DNA of 32,756 nucleotides from a virus (Duplodnaviria; Heunggongvirae; Uroviricota; Caudoviricetes): IMG/VR virus record IMGVR_UViG_2541047689_000008; one strand, 5' to 3'. Shown piece by piece: positions 8,883 to 19,528 of this stretch (position 1 is its first letter; each line of letters starts with the position of its first letter). The notes under the pieces were generated by a model. It saw only the letters and a program-made list of their open reading frames with translations, ran no database searches and was not told where the DNA came from. The position numbers and the translations under genes were made by a program.

Positions 8883-10391
8883 TTATTCTTCGGACTGGTC
8901 GTCGGTGTGCTGCGGCTCCTGTCGTTTCGTTGCGGCACTGCTGCCTCCTTTATCACTGGCCGGATCGGTATCAAATACCAGATCCAGCTTGCGGTTTTCA
9001 TCAATTTCTGCCTTGCGCCGACGTTTGACATCATCCGGATTACGACCACCTGCACGTACCCAGTCTGATTCTGTCGCCGCTCCACCACGAATCTGAATTT
9101 TCCAGGCCTCAGCCTCCTTAACAGGGTCAATCCACGGCATCACCGGTCCGGAATACACCGCGGTATACAGTGAAGAACGGTCAAGATCGCGGGGTAGCCT
9201 GATAACACCGGATGCCACAGCCTGTTTCAGCCAGGCACGATACATCGGGCGGGTGACGGCACCAATAAACCAGTCCTGCAGGATCAGGTAGCCATCAGTG
9301 GATTCAACCAGCTCCTGACGCTGGGCGCTGTAAGTGCCGTTATAGTTGCGCGCTGTACTGGAAAAACTCAGACGACTGCCCGCCGCCACGGCACGCAACT
9401 GACCATTACGAAAAGTTTCAAGGTTAGGATTGGGGCGATCCGACTTCACCATTCCGATTTCTTCGCCGGGTTTCAGATCGTCGTAAATAATGCCTGGCTG
9501 AATGGTAAGCTCGCGTTCATTCTCCTTGCTGTCATTACCATCCGTTTCATAGCTCTGTCCGTCGCCTTTGCGGATGTACATCCCCAGAGCAGCAGCGATC
9601 CTTGCTGCAGTCAGCTCAGAATCTTCATATTCTTTCAGGGCACTGAGGCGGATCAGCACACCGGACAATAAAGACGTCCCGCGCATCTGGTGCAGACGGC
9701 GAACAAATTTAAGATGCAGCATTCGCTCTGCATCCACTTCTTTGGTTTCCATCTGCCGTCCGGATACAGGACGACTTTTATACACCAGATATTTTTCGGG
9801 ACGCCCCCAGTCATCAACAAACACGCCCTGATTCAGCCTGTTGCTCTCATCACTGGTCATGGGAATAAAGTCTGGCTCGAGTGCCTCCAGCCAGAAATGA
9901 ACACCGGCAGAAGGCGTCAGGCTGTTTATGCGCCCGGAAACCATCTGGGCAAACACCTCACCATCGCGCAGCCAGGTACGCAGCATCAGACGTTCCAGCA
10001 TCGGACGGGTAAACTGCCCGGTAACTTCCGGACTGACAGACCATTCACTCCATCGGGTGCGTATCTCCGCTGCCAGATCACGGGCAATGGCCCCATTGCG
10101 TAATACCGGATGTGGCTCGACAATAATCCCGTTTTTCCCCACCACCCGTTCTTCCAGCTTGTCAAATACACCAATGACCAGATCGTGGTTGTTATCAAGG
10201 TAACGGGCCTGCTCACGTAACGACACGGCCCCGTAGAGGCTTAACTGGTCGGCAGTTCGGTTTTCCCGCCGGGCTTTGTGTGTCCGCGTCGTTTTTACGG
10301 CCTCATAAGCCTGGATCACCGCCCGGGAACGCAGCCTTGCCGCTTTCCATCCTGGTGAAAAAACGCCAATCACATCATCAAGAATTGCCAT
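8883..10391 (-). CDS. Portal protein
   Basis: About 500 aa ORF between the terminase/gpW genes and the protease-capsid gene. Start at ATG 10391 (MAILDDVIGVF...) with GAGG upstream and a TGATG overlap with the gpW stop. Confidence 0.82.
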   Translation of the reverse strand: MAILDDVIGVFSPGWKAARLRSRAVIQAYEAVKTTRTHKARRENRTADQLSLYGAVSLREQARYLDNNHDLVIGVFDKLEERVVGKNGIIVEPHPVLRNGAIARDLAAEIRTRWSEWSVSPEVTGQFTRPMLERLMLRTWLRDGEVFAQMVSGRINSLTPSAGVHFWLEALEPDFIPMTSDESNRLNQGVFVDDWGRPEKYLVYKSRPVSGRQMETKEVDAERMLHLKFVRRLHQMRGTSLLSGVLIRLSALKEYEDSELTAARIAAALGMYIRKGDGQSYETDGNDSKENERELTIQPGIIYDDLKPGEEIGMVKSDRPNPNLETFRNGQLRAVAAGSRLSFSSTARNYNGTYSAQRQELVESTDGYLILQDWFIGAVTRPMYRAWLKQAVASGVIRLPRDLDRSSLYTAVYSGPVMPWIDPVKEAEAWKIQIRGGAATESDWVRAGGRNPDDVKRRRKAEIDENRKLDLVFDTDPASDKGGSSAATKRQEPQHTDDQSEE

Positions 10392-10603
10392 CAGAACCTC
10401 GCCAGCCGGTACCCGGGATGCCCCCGTCGTCGTGTAATCAGAGCCGCAAGGCGGCGCTCCCACTCCTGCCGTCCCTGCCGGATCTCAGATAAGTTTTCCA
10501 TGGTCATCTGCTGACCATTAAAGGTGACGGATTTTCCGTCCAGCACCGCCATTTCAGCTTCCGTATAACGCTGAATCATGGCTTCGATATCATTCTGGTT
10601 CAT
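10391..10603 (-). CDS. Head-tail joining protein gpW-like
   Basis: 70 aa. C-terminus ...LAALITRRRGHPGYRLARF resembles lambda W ...RRRGPAGFYV. Start at 10603 has GGAGG 6 nt upstream and an ATGA overlap with the terminase stop. Confidence 0.78.
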   Translation of the reverse strand: MNQNDIEAMIQRYTEAEMAVLDGKSVTFNGQQMTMENLSEIRQGRQEWERRLAALITRRRGHPGYRLARF

Positions 10604-12570
10604 AACCATCCTCCGGAAGTCAGCCAGGGGTTAACATCGTCAGTTACTGTTTTCTTCCGTTTTTGTTTTTTAACAGGCGTGGATACCGGTTCCGGTGAGG
10701 GTGACGGTTCGGTACTGTCCGGGACACACTCCAGCCAGGTTTCCCGGCTCGCCCACTCCGGTGCATCCGGCCAGCGGATCTTTTCGTATCCATGCAGAAT
10801 GACCAGAGCCTCGGCATACACCATCAGGTCAAAAGCTTCGTTGGCACCGCGACCCGGCTTACTCCATTTCCCGTCACTGCTCCGCTCTTCATACGTCAGT
10901 TCGTCGTAAAACCAGCTCCCCAGCCAGTCAGGGAAATGCACATAGCCGGGACCTGGCGAGTCACGCCATAACGCGTTATTCACCCGGTCTTTCAGTGCAT
11001 CCGTCTGAAGAAGCCAGAGCGGCACATCACCTGCGGCCTGCGCCCGTCGGCCCGTTCGTCCGGTGTTATCAGGGAATGTACGGGTGATCAGTTTTGCGCG
11101 CCGGATGCTGTCGCCCTTAAACAGGTAAATACGTTTACCAAGGCCATCACGACGGCAACGACGCCAGAATTTATAGGCATTATCAGTGACCCCGTCTTCA
11201 CCGCCGGAGTCCACCGCCATTGCCATCAGTCGCATTTGTTGAGAAGGATCGGAGGCCAGCGGCCAGCTTTTATGAAAAACATCCGTCAGCAGGACATCCC
11301 AGTCTTCCGGATAGCTGGCCGGATCAATTCGCTGGCTCTCCCCGTCGCAGTCACTGCGCAATGACTGCGTGATATTGTAACGATCAATAATCCAGCGTTC
11401 GCCACGACTGCCATAGCCCGTTACCTGAACCACAAAACGGCGATGACGTCCCGCCTGCACATCCACTGTCGCCACAAGGAAATTAACGCCATCCGGCACA
11501 CTGCAGGAAGGAACTGGCTCTGCCCGCTGCTCAAGCAGTTCACTTTTTCGTTGCTCCATGCTGGCACGAGGAAGATAAGGCAATCCCCAGTCGGTGTTGA
11601 TAACCGCCCTGAGTGTTTCTTCGCTTCCTGTCGCTTCATACTCCTGTTCTGCAGTCAGTAATTTGTAAACCAGTTGCGCCCAGGTCTGATACGCAGCAGC
11701 TGGCCCTTCCATCCAGAAACTGGCGATACGGGAGCGGCGCGGTTCACCGGAAACGTTGCCGTTACGATCAATGACCTGACCTTCACGCAACCAGACTCCT
11801 GCACTATTGAGCTCACGCTTTTTCTCCGCAGTGATAATGCCGCTGCAGTGCGGGCAAAGTAGATACGCCGCCTCACTGGCTTTAAAGGGATCCGGTTCAT
11901 TACGGTAGCCGGTCATGGCATCCATAGCTGGCTGAAAATATTCACCGCAGTGCGGACATGGCCAGTACCAGCGGCGGCGGTCACCACGATTGTAAAGGGA
12001 AAGAATACCAGTCGTCGGTGGCGCTTCATGAGGCGACTTACGTCGCCATTTGCTGTCGCAGATGTCACGTCCCGGCGAGCTCTCCACCAGAGTCATCCCG
12101 GCGGACATAAATGTGGTGGTACGTTTTGAGGCCAGGGAGAAACCATCACCCTCGCTGTCGATATTCTCCGGAAAACGGTCGTAATCGGTTAAGGCGACAA
12201 ACCGGTAATCCGACGACGACATAATGTTGACCGAGGGCCAACCAATTTTAAGGAACGAGCCATCCCTGAACGTCTTATCATGGACATTATTGTCGTTACG
12301 ACGTGGACTCATTCTTTTCTTTACCGCCGCACTGCTTCTGAACGTTCTGTCGAGGCGCTTTTTAGAATGCTCGCGGGCCTTATCTTCGGTCATCTGCACA
12401 ACGAGCATGTCCGAAGGATCGCAAACGATGGTATAGACAATCCATCCATCGATCAGACCAATGGTCTTCCCTGTTCGCGCAGGACCAACAAAAATCACCG
12501 CATCGTATTCACGCGATGCCAGGCAGTTCAAGGGCTCAATGATGTAGGGTGTCAGTTCAGGATCCCACAC
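10600..12570 (-). CDS. Terminase large subunit (GpA family), apparently N-terminally truncated
   Basis: Walker-A-like VGPARTGKT near residue 30; ...WYWPCPHCGE... zinc-ribbon-like segment and a GpA-family C-terminal nuclease region. The frame opens with GTG directly after an in-frame TAA at 12574-12576 and has no Shine-Dalgarno sequence. Residue 2 (W) aligns to about residue 51 of lambda A. Confidence 0.8.
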   Translation of the reverse strand: MWDPELTPYIIEPLNCLASREYDAVIFVGPARTGKTIGLIDGWIVYTIVCDPSDMLVVQMTEDKAREHSKKRLDRTFRSSAAVKKRMSPRRNDNNVHDKTFRDGSFLKIGWPSVNIMSSSDYRFVALTDYDRFPENIDSEGDGFSLASKRTTTFMSAGMTLVESSPGRDICDSKWRRKSPHEAPPTTGILSLYNRGDRRRWYWPCPHCGEYFQPAMDAMTGYRNEPDPFKASEAAYLLCPHCSGIITAEKKRELNSAGVWLREGQVIDRNGNVSGEPRRSRIASFWMEGPAAAYQTWAQLVYKLLTAEQEYEATGSEETLRAVINTDWGLPYLPRASMEQRKSELLEQRAEPVPSCSVPDGVNFLVATVDVQAGRHRRFVVQVTGYGSRGERWIIDRYNITQSLRSDCDGESQRIDPASYPEDWDVLLTDVFHKSWPLASDPSQQMRLMAMAVDSGGEDGVTDNAYKFWRRCRRDGLGKRIYLFKGDSIRRAKLITRTFPDNTGRTGRRAQAAGDVPLWLLQTDALKDRVNNALWRDSPGPGYVHFPDWLGSWFYDELTYEERSSDGKWSKPGRGANEAFDLMVYAEALVILHGYEKIRWPDAPEWASRETWLECVPDSTEPSPSPEPVSTPVKKQKRKKTVTDDVNPWLTSGGWL

Positions 12571-12811
12571 AAATTAGTGTGAGTGTCCTGTTTCTTCCTA
12601 CGCACAGGACTGACGAGCATGAGGGGAAAATACGCGAACCATAAATGCCTCATCTTCAGCAATGCAGCCGAACAGGACGATATTGTAAATTCACCTAATT
12701 ACGAGGACATTGCAGTAGTTGAATTGCAGCTCTGTATTAGCCTGCAGTGACAGAATGCGATATTGACTCTGTCACAGGTGAAATAGTTTGAATGATTAGC
12801 AGTTATGGTGC

Positions 12812-13018
12812 TCAGTCAACCACCAGGGAATAATCCTTCGAATTCTTATCGTGCTTCACCAACGCTGCCTCAATTGCCCTGAATGCTTCCAGAGACACCT
12901 GATGTTCTATACATGCAATTACAACATCCGGGTAACTCATAGAAATGGTGCTATTAAGCATATTTTTTACACGAATCAGATCCAACGAGAGTTCATCAGC
13001 AGATTGTTCTTTATTCAT
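12812..13018 (-). CDS. Hypothetical small protein (moron; possibly YnfO-like)
   Basis: 68 aa ORF in an AT-rich block; identity uncertain. Confidence 0.4.
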   Translation of the reverse strand: MNKEQSADELSLDLIRVKNMLNSTISMSYPDVVIACIEHQVSLEAFRAIEAALVKHDKNSKDYSLVVD

Positions 13019-13318
13019 TTTGTCGCTCCATGCGTTTGCTCGTCATCTAGCGGTTAAAATATTACTTCAAATCTTTCTGCATAAAAGAGGAAAAGTATGA
13101 AAGTTTGAGTACATCGACCTTACATACATCTGTCGGTTGCATATCCCTCCTGGATGCCAGCAAGGCTCAACTTTGTTACGCAACCAACACTATTTATTGA
13201 AAACAGGCTTAATATTTGACATAAATCATCAACAAAACACAAAGAGGTCAGACCAGATTGAAACAATAAACACGATAATGCAAACTACGCGTCATCGTAT
13301 CACATGGAAGGTTTACCA

Positions 13319-13729
13319 ATGGCTCAGGCTGCCATTTTTAAAGAAATATTCGATCAAGTGCGTAAAGATTTAAACTGTGAATTATTTTATTCTGAGCTAA
13401 AACGTCACAATGTCTCACTTTATATTTACTATTTAGCCACAGATAATATTCACATTGTGTTAGAAAACGACAACATAGTGTTAGTAAAAGGACTCAAAAA
13501 GGTTGTAAATGTTAAATTCTCCAGAAACAAACATCTTATAGAGACCTCCTATAATAAGTTGAAATCAAAAGAAATCACATTTCAACAATACAGGGAAAAT
13601 CTTGCTAAAGCAGGAGTTTTCCGATGGGTTACAAATATCCATGAACACCAAAGATATTACTATACCTTTGATAACTCATTACTATTTACTGAAAGCATCC
13701 AGAAAACTACACAAATCTTACCACGCTAA
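13319..13729 (+). CDS. ydfO: DUF1398-family protein YdfO-like
   Basis: [33 protein letters not shown]...[13 protein letters not shown]...[28 protein letters not shown] matches recalled YdfO. Start at ATG 13319 (GAAGG upstream) rather than the ORF-track ATG at 13304. Confidence 0.72.
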   Translation: MAQAAIFKEIFDQVRKDLNCELFYSELKRHNVSLYIYYLATDNIHIVLENDNIVLVKGLKKVVNVKFSRNKHLIETSYNKLKSKEITFQQYRENLAKAGVFRWVTNIHEHQRYYYTFDNSLLFTESIQKTTQILPR

Positions 13730-13880
13730 ACCATAACGTCCGGCTTCTCTCACTCCTGAGCCGGACTGCATTGGTTTAATAAAAACCATCAACAATTGTG
13801 ATTTAGATATTCGGAACCATTCAAATATAACAAAACCCCGTAAAAACGAGGTTTATGGATAAATTTTATTATTGAATACA

Positions 13881-14054
13881 TCAGATTAAATTAATCTTGA
13901 CATCATAGCTTTCAAGACCCGTCATTTTTTCCCGTGCGGTAAACTGAATACTGGTAACTTCTTTCCCGGTCTTTTTCTTAAGTTCAATAATTTTTTTTGT
14001 TATATATTCAGAAATATCTGCTTCTGCTTTTGTTTTTAAGTCTTCAATATTCAT
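13881..14054 (-). CDS. gnsB: GnsA/GnsB-family small protein
   Basis: 57 aa ORF not in the supplied track: MNIEDLKTKAEADISEYITKKIIELKKKTGKEVTSIQFTAREKMTGLESYDVKINLI. GAGGA upstream. Resembles GnsB (recalled). Confidence 0.72.
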   Translation of the reverse strand: MNIEDLKTKAEADISEYITKKIIELKKKTGKEVTSIQFTAREKMTGLESYDVKINLI

Positions 14055-14226
14055 CATTTCCTCTTTTAGTCTGTTATGACTTTCCAGTTACACTGGTAAG
14101 TCGATTATATGGTGCAAACGTGTAAAAGATAAGATGAAACATCGCAATAATCAACATACGATAGTCTAAATTTTACACAAACAGACAAAGAGAATTTTCC
14201 TGAATTATCAATGCAATAGCATCAAA

Positions 14227-14457
14227 TCAACTCAAGAGCCTTATTGCTGCTTCCAGAATTTCTTCTGAAGTAACATGCCGATCCGCGGCTACATAAATGA
14301 CTTTATGATCTCCGGTCAGAGATGGAAACCCTGCGGCCATTACAGTAAGGTGTGTTTTTTCGCCATTTGGATATTCACGCATGATGGTGTTAACTCCAGT
14401 CATCGCTGGCACTACCACTGCTGGTTCAGAGTTAAAAAAAACTATGATTTTTTTCAT
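14227..14457 (-). CDS. Hypothetical protein (moron)
   Basis: ORF-track start at 14499 is TTG; first ATG at 14457 (MKKIIVFFNSEP...). No family recognised. Confidence 0.35.
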   Translation of the reverse strand: MKKIIVFFNSEPAVVVPAMTGVNTIMREYPNGEKTHLTVMAAGFPSLTGDHKVIYVAADRHVTSEEILEAAIRLLS

Positions 14458-14500
14458 GATGTTACCGTAGTATGTGAGTATCCATCGAATAGACACCAAG

Positions 14501-14522
14501 CAAAAAAGCTCCCGAAGGAGCC
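14501..14522 (-). terminator. Rho-independent terminator downstream of cspI
   Basis: On the - strand: GCTCC-TTCG-GGAGC hairpin (UUCG tetraloop) followed by TTTTTT. Confidence 0.55.
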
Positions 14523-14728
14523 TTCATTTTCACTTTTTTAAATCCAACGACAGACGGCTGGCATTTAAGTATTGTGAAATATTATCAAATGTAATCATCA
14601 TTGATTTACAAAAGATACATTTTGCCCCGAAAGGATTCATGTCAGAAACATCAAAAGATGATGTTCTATACTGGGAACCATGACAACACGGGCATCTAAA
14701 GTGAATATGGTTTGTAATATTGTCTACC

Positions 14729-14941
14729 TCAAAGCGCCACTACATGAACAGCGGCAGGACCTTTAGGTCCGTTCTCAATACCAAATTCAACTTCCTGATT
14801 CTCAGTTAATGTTTTGAAATCGTTGCTCTGAATTGCTGAGAAATGGACAAACACATCTTTGCTGCCATCTTTCGGCGTGATGAAACCAAAACCTTTTTCA
14901 GGGTTAAACCATTTCACTAAACCAGTCATTTTGTTAGACAT
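14729..14941 (-). CDS. cspI: Cold shock protein CspI-like
   Basis: [70 protein letters not shown]; CspA-family RNP1/RNP2 motifs. AT-rich long leader upstream. Confidence 0.9.
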   Translation of the reverse strand: MSNKMTGLVKWFNPEKGFGFITPKDGSKDVFVHFSAIQSNDFKTLTENQEVEFGIENGPKGPAAVHVVAL

Positions 14942-15309
14942 AATTATTACCTTTTGAAGAAATTAGCCCTTGGGCAGAATGGTCCGAAAAAAAATATCAG
15001 AGAGAAAAACCAACAAGGAAATCTCAAGAGGTACAAATAATAAAATTATAACAATGACTGCTTCAGATAAATTTGTAACAAACCAGAACACCATTAACGC
15101 ATGATTAACCACCCATAGCAAGGATTACTTTTGTAAAGAAAAACACAGCAATGAAAGAATAGCTTTATTTATTAATAAAACGTGTCATTCTGATTAAGAC
15201 CTTTTATCTTACCCTTAAGATTTCAGGAATTTTGACTGATGGAAGAGTCCTTTTTATTTAAATTTTACATTCAGCGATGTAAATGTTCCGATTTAATATT
15301 ACCCTACAT

Positions 15310-16327
<1,018 letters not shown>

Positions 16328-16331
<4 letters not shown>

Positions 16332-16639
16332 ATATATTTATGATGAGGACGCTCGTGCTTATTGGCAGGATTTTCAATCTTAAAGGAGTACTGATGCTGC
16401 AGATAAGACTCAACTTTTTCTGACAATTTTTCTGCTACTTCCAGGAAGACTTGCCGGACGCTCCTTCTGGCTGCTGCCTCATAAAACTCCAGCGCAGCTC
16501 CTTCAACACGGTCCATGGCGACATCCAGGCCAAAAATTTCACCGTCAAAGCGTTCTTTGTCCTGTAAGGCTACAGTTACCGTAACTTTATTCTCAAAATT
16601 ACGGACTCCTTTCACAACCAGTTCATAGTCTTGAGTCAT
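16328..16639 (-). CDS. Hypothetical protein between holin and endolysin (possibly YdfR/DUF1327-like)
   Basis: 103 aa acidic ORF translationally coupled to the endolysin (ATGA overlap). Family call from recalled gene order in Qin. Confidence 0.55.
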
Positions 16640-16643
16640 TGGA

Positions 16644-16859
16644 TTACTCTCCTCTCGCAGCCTTACGCCTGTCTTCTTTAATCTTGAAATAAAGATTTGT
16701 CAGATACGTCAGCAGGCCAAAAACCAGGCTACCCAGCACACCGATTGCAGCCCACTGTGACGGAGTTACTTTATCGAGTAACTGCAATGCCCAGAAACCA
16801 GCATTACCCGCCGATGTGCCATAGGCAACACCTGTTGTTAACTTATCCATTGATTTCAT
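16644..16859 (-). CDS. Class II holin (pinholin S21-like) with dual-start motif
   Basis: [71 protein letters not shown], near-identical in pattern to phage 21 S (71/68 aa forms). GGTGAGGA upstream of ATG 16859; second ATG at 16850. Confidence 0.9.
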   Translation of the reverse strand: MKSMDKLTTGVAYGTSAGNAGFWALQLLDKVTPSQWAAIGVLGSLVFGLLTYLTNLYFKIKEDRRKAARGE

Positions 16860-17078
16860 ATCCTCACCCCGATGAACACGGATGGTGCAATATGTTTGAA
16901 AAGATCGGAGTCTACGGGGTAGTTTTGACAGCACACGCTGTTCTCAACGGCGCTAAAGAAACATACACATTAAAAATGTGAGTAATTATTTTGAAAGAAA
17001 GTCATATATAAAATAATAATACGAGAAATGTTTTCATATTTAGTGTACTGTATACGGCCATTTATACAGGAAAAGCCT

Positions 17079-17249
17079 ATGTCAGAACGTAAAGACTCAA
17101 AATCACGCCGTAATTATCTCGTTAAATGTTCCTGCCCAAACTGCACCCAAGAGTCAGAACACAGTTTTTCAAGAGTACAAAAAGGTGCCCTTTTGATCTG
17201 CCCTCATTGCAACAAAGTATTCCAGACAAATCTTAAAGCTGTAGCCTGA
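17079..17249 (+). CDS. Small zinc-ribbon protein (CxxC...CxxC)
   Basis: 56 aa from ATG 17079 (AGGAAAA upstream): MSERKDSKSRRNYLVKCSCPNCTQESEHSFSRVQKGALLICPHCNKVFQTNLKAVA. Confidence 0.5.
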   Translation: MSERKDSKSRRNYLVKCSCPNCTQESEHSFSRVQKGALLICPHCNKVFQTNLKAVA

Positions 17250-17305
17250 TTGATTTTATTAGTAACAAGTATTTTTTATATTTTAATAATATATTTAAAG
17301 CAGAT

Positions 17306-17333
17306 AATAAAAAACCCGCCTGAGCGGGTTTGA
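17306..17333 (-). terminator. Rho-independent terminator downstream of cspB
   Basis: AACCCGC-TCAG-GCGGGTT hairpin followed by TTTTTATTAT on the - strand. Confidence 0.6.
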
Positions 17334-17612
17334 GATTGTGGTGCTTTTTGTGGGAGTCATCCACTTACGCACTTTGTTTTGCCATGCCAGCAGTTAGCTT
17401 CTGCTGTAAAACTATTCATGCAGCAAACCTGCACTTCACCACAATGGTTAGCATACTTTTCCTGATTAAGATTTTGCCAAATATGCTGGCCATTGTTTCA
17501 TGTATTGGACCTCCTTAAATTTTATTAAAGAAATCCAATATTCACTACTCTGTCCGTATCTCTACTCAGGCATCAGCCTTCTTCGTTATCGTATACAGAC
17601 GAGCGATGAATT

Positions 17613-17828
17613 TTAATCAGTAATGATGACATTTGCTGCTGCAGGACCTTTAGCACCACTCTCTATAGAGAAGGTAACCTTTTGACCTTCAAATAAGGTT
17701 CGATAATTATCATTCTGAATCGCAGAAAAATGCACAAACACATCTTTACTACCATCAACAGGAGAAATAAAGCCGAAACCTTTATCAGCGTTAAACCATT
17801 TTACTAAACCAGTCATTTTATTTGACAT
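17613..17828 (-). CDS. cspB: Cold shock protein CspB-like
   Basis: [71 protein letters not shown]. Confidence 0.9.
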   Translation of the reverse strand: MSNKMTGLVKWFNADKGFGFISPVDGSKDVFVHFSAIQNDNYRTLFEGQKVTFSIESGAKGPAAANVIITD

Positions 17829-18128
17829 TCTACATTCCTTAACTTGAGCCTTTCGGCATAAATGGTTTGCATAACAGAAACGACTTCGTACTTAATTGGA
17901 GAGACTCAAAGAAGGAATAAGTGAATAACACCTGAAATGAGAACTGCTTTAGTAAACTACTTCGTATATCGTCTGTTCTTCAAACCGACGCAATCATTAA
18001 CGCATAGTTGAACATATGAAGCAATGTTTATTTTAGACATCCAGCCATCTTCAACCCCATCAAAAAACTATAGCTTTCTTCAGGAACGTGTGTATAGTGC
18101 GCCAAGTTATCAGTATTAAGGAATTTTT

Positions 18129-18341
18129 TTGTCCCGTAAAATGACAGGAATTGTCAAAACCTTTGACGGCAAAAGCGGCAAGGGTCTTATCACCCCATCC
18201 GATGGTCGTATCGATGTCCAGCTTCATGTTTCAGCGCTCAATCTCCGCGATGCAGAAGAAATTACCACCGGATTACGCGTGGAATTTTGCCGGATAAATG
18301 GTCTGCGTGGCCCTTCAGCTGCCAATGTTTACCTTTCATGA
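18129..18341 (+). CDS. cspF: Cold shock protein CspF/CspH-family
   Basis: [36 protein letters not shown]...[26 protein letters not shown] start with AAGGA upstream. Divergent from cspB. Confidence 0.82.
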
Positions 18342-18626
18342 GCTATATTAAAGCTTTAATTTCAGGCCCCATCGGATCACACATGGAGAGTTTTTATGAA
18401 TAACCCCGTCTGTCTTGATGACTGGTTGATTGGCTTTAAAAGCTTATGCTGTACTTTGGCCGTAATAGCTCTGCTAATAATATAATAAGCAGACTCATTG
18501 TGTTTAGGGACATTGTACTGGAAGAAAACATTTTAAACATCAGGCAAATAACCAAGTCACCAGCTAAATAATAAGTTAACAGACATGAGTCCCGGGATGA
18601 GATTCAACATTACCATTGCCCCATTT

Positions 18627-18660
18627 AAAGCACAAAACCCGCTCATCAGCGGGTTTTCTA
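18627..18660. terminator. Bidirectional intrinsic terminator (candidate tR' for the Q-dependent late promoter; also ends cspF)
   Basis: AAAACCCGC-TCATCA-GCGGGTTTT hairpin with T-rich tracts on both sides. Confidence 0.6.
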
Positions 18661-18702
18661 CTTTTTCTTAACGTCGGGTATACAAAGCCCATCATTGAAA
18701 AA

Positions 18703-18731
18703 ATTTTATCCATATTTTTTGAAAAATGCAA
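18703..18731 (-). promoter_or_regulatory. Candidate late promoter PR' just downstream of Q
   Basis: On the - strand: TTGCAT (18731..18726), 17 nt spacer, TAAAAT (18708..18703). About 35 nt after the Q stop and about 45 nt before the terminator hairpin. Confidence 0.5.
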
Positions 18732-18762
18732 ACATCATGTCGCCATCTTCAGCAAAAATCAT

Positions 18763-19515
18763 TTATCTCGTCACCTTCCTCAATTGCGCTTCCGCGTATG
18801 CTTCTTCCTGCCAGCACTTTGTTACCAGTTTACCAATGACGTCCGCATACCCCTTATACCACTGATAATCGGTCAGGTCTGGTACCAGCTTCTGGACATG
18901 ACGTCGTGCCAGCGTGGTCGGTAAACGACTAAACCGGTTTCCATTACAACGCCCACAAATCTTATATACCGGTACGCCATGAAACCGGGTTCTTTTTTCA
19001 TCCAGAACAATCCCTTTACCCTTACACCCTCTGCACGCTGTGCTGACTTCGCCCTTACCATGGCAATGCTGACATAGTTCCTTCACCCATTCTTCCTTGA
19101 TTACAGATTCCCCGCGTCTGTAGTGTTTCACCACTTCGCGCAATACATTATAAAATCCCGTACCTGAACAATGCTCACAGCGAGCCTTACTTGCCGCAGA
19201 CCTGGAGTAATCAGCAAAGGCAAAACTCACGAGGTAAGGAATAATCTGTAACCGGATTTCTTCACTCAATTTGTTCAATGTCGGGTTATCCAGTGCCATC
19301 GCGTAATTGAGCAGACCTTCAATCGCAAACTGAGGATCCTGAACACCAACTTTTGCCAGGAATAAGGCAAAACCAAGCGGAGCTTTCGACTGCACCATCC
19401 CCTGCGCAGCCATCACATCTGTTATTGTTAAACCACCCGAGCCTGTCGCCGGTGCGTCATCACTCAATTTTGGAGATTTTGGGGAGTAATATTTTGGTAA
19501 AGCTTCAAGGTTCAT
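18763..19515 (-). CDS. Late-gene antitermination protein Q
   Basis: 250 aa with Cys-rich zinc-binding clusters (CEHCSGTG...CQHCHGKGE...CRGCKGKG...CGRCNGN). Position between the nin-like region and the lysis genes. Resembles Qin QuuQ (recalled). Confidence 0.82.
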   Translation of the reverse strand: MNLEALPKYYSPKSPKLSDDAPATGSGGLTITDVMAAQGMVQSKAPLGFALFLAKVGVQDPQFAIEGLLNYAMALDNPTLNKLSEEIRLQIIPYLVSFAFADYSRSAASKARCEHCSGTGFYNVLREVVKHYRRGESVIKEEWVKELCQHCHGKGEVSTACRGCKGKGIVLDEKRTRFHGVPVYKICGRCNGNRFSRLPTTLARRHVQKLVPDLTDYQWYKGYADVIGKLVTKCWQEEAYAEAQLRKVTR

Positions 19516-19528
19516 GCTCGTTCTCCAC

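Noticed and set aside
8870-9130. N-terminal extension of the protease-capsid ORF (ORF-track start at 9130)
   Set aside because: It would overlap the portal gene by about 250 nt in another frame and translates to basic low-complexity sequence; the ATG at 8869 just after the portal stop begins the ClpP-like domain.
13730-13880. 8-bp stem hairpin GTCCGGCT...AGCCGGAC after ydfO as an intrinsic terminator
   Set aside because: No U-tract on either strand after the stem; it may be a structural or REP-like element, but the evidence is too weak to call.
14458-14499. ORF-track start at 14499 for the hypothetical moron protein
   Set aside because: The start codon there is TTG with no SD; the first ATG at 14457 is preferred, though the gene itself remains low-confidence.
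16935-18760. tRNA genes in the Q-to-lysis moron region (common in Stx-type phages)
   Set aside because: No cloverleaf-compatible sequence with a GTTC...A..TCC T-arm motif and acceptor-stem complementarity was found by eye.
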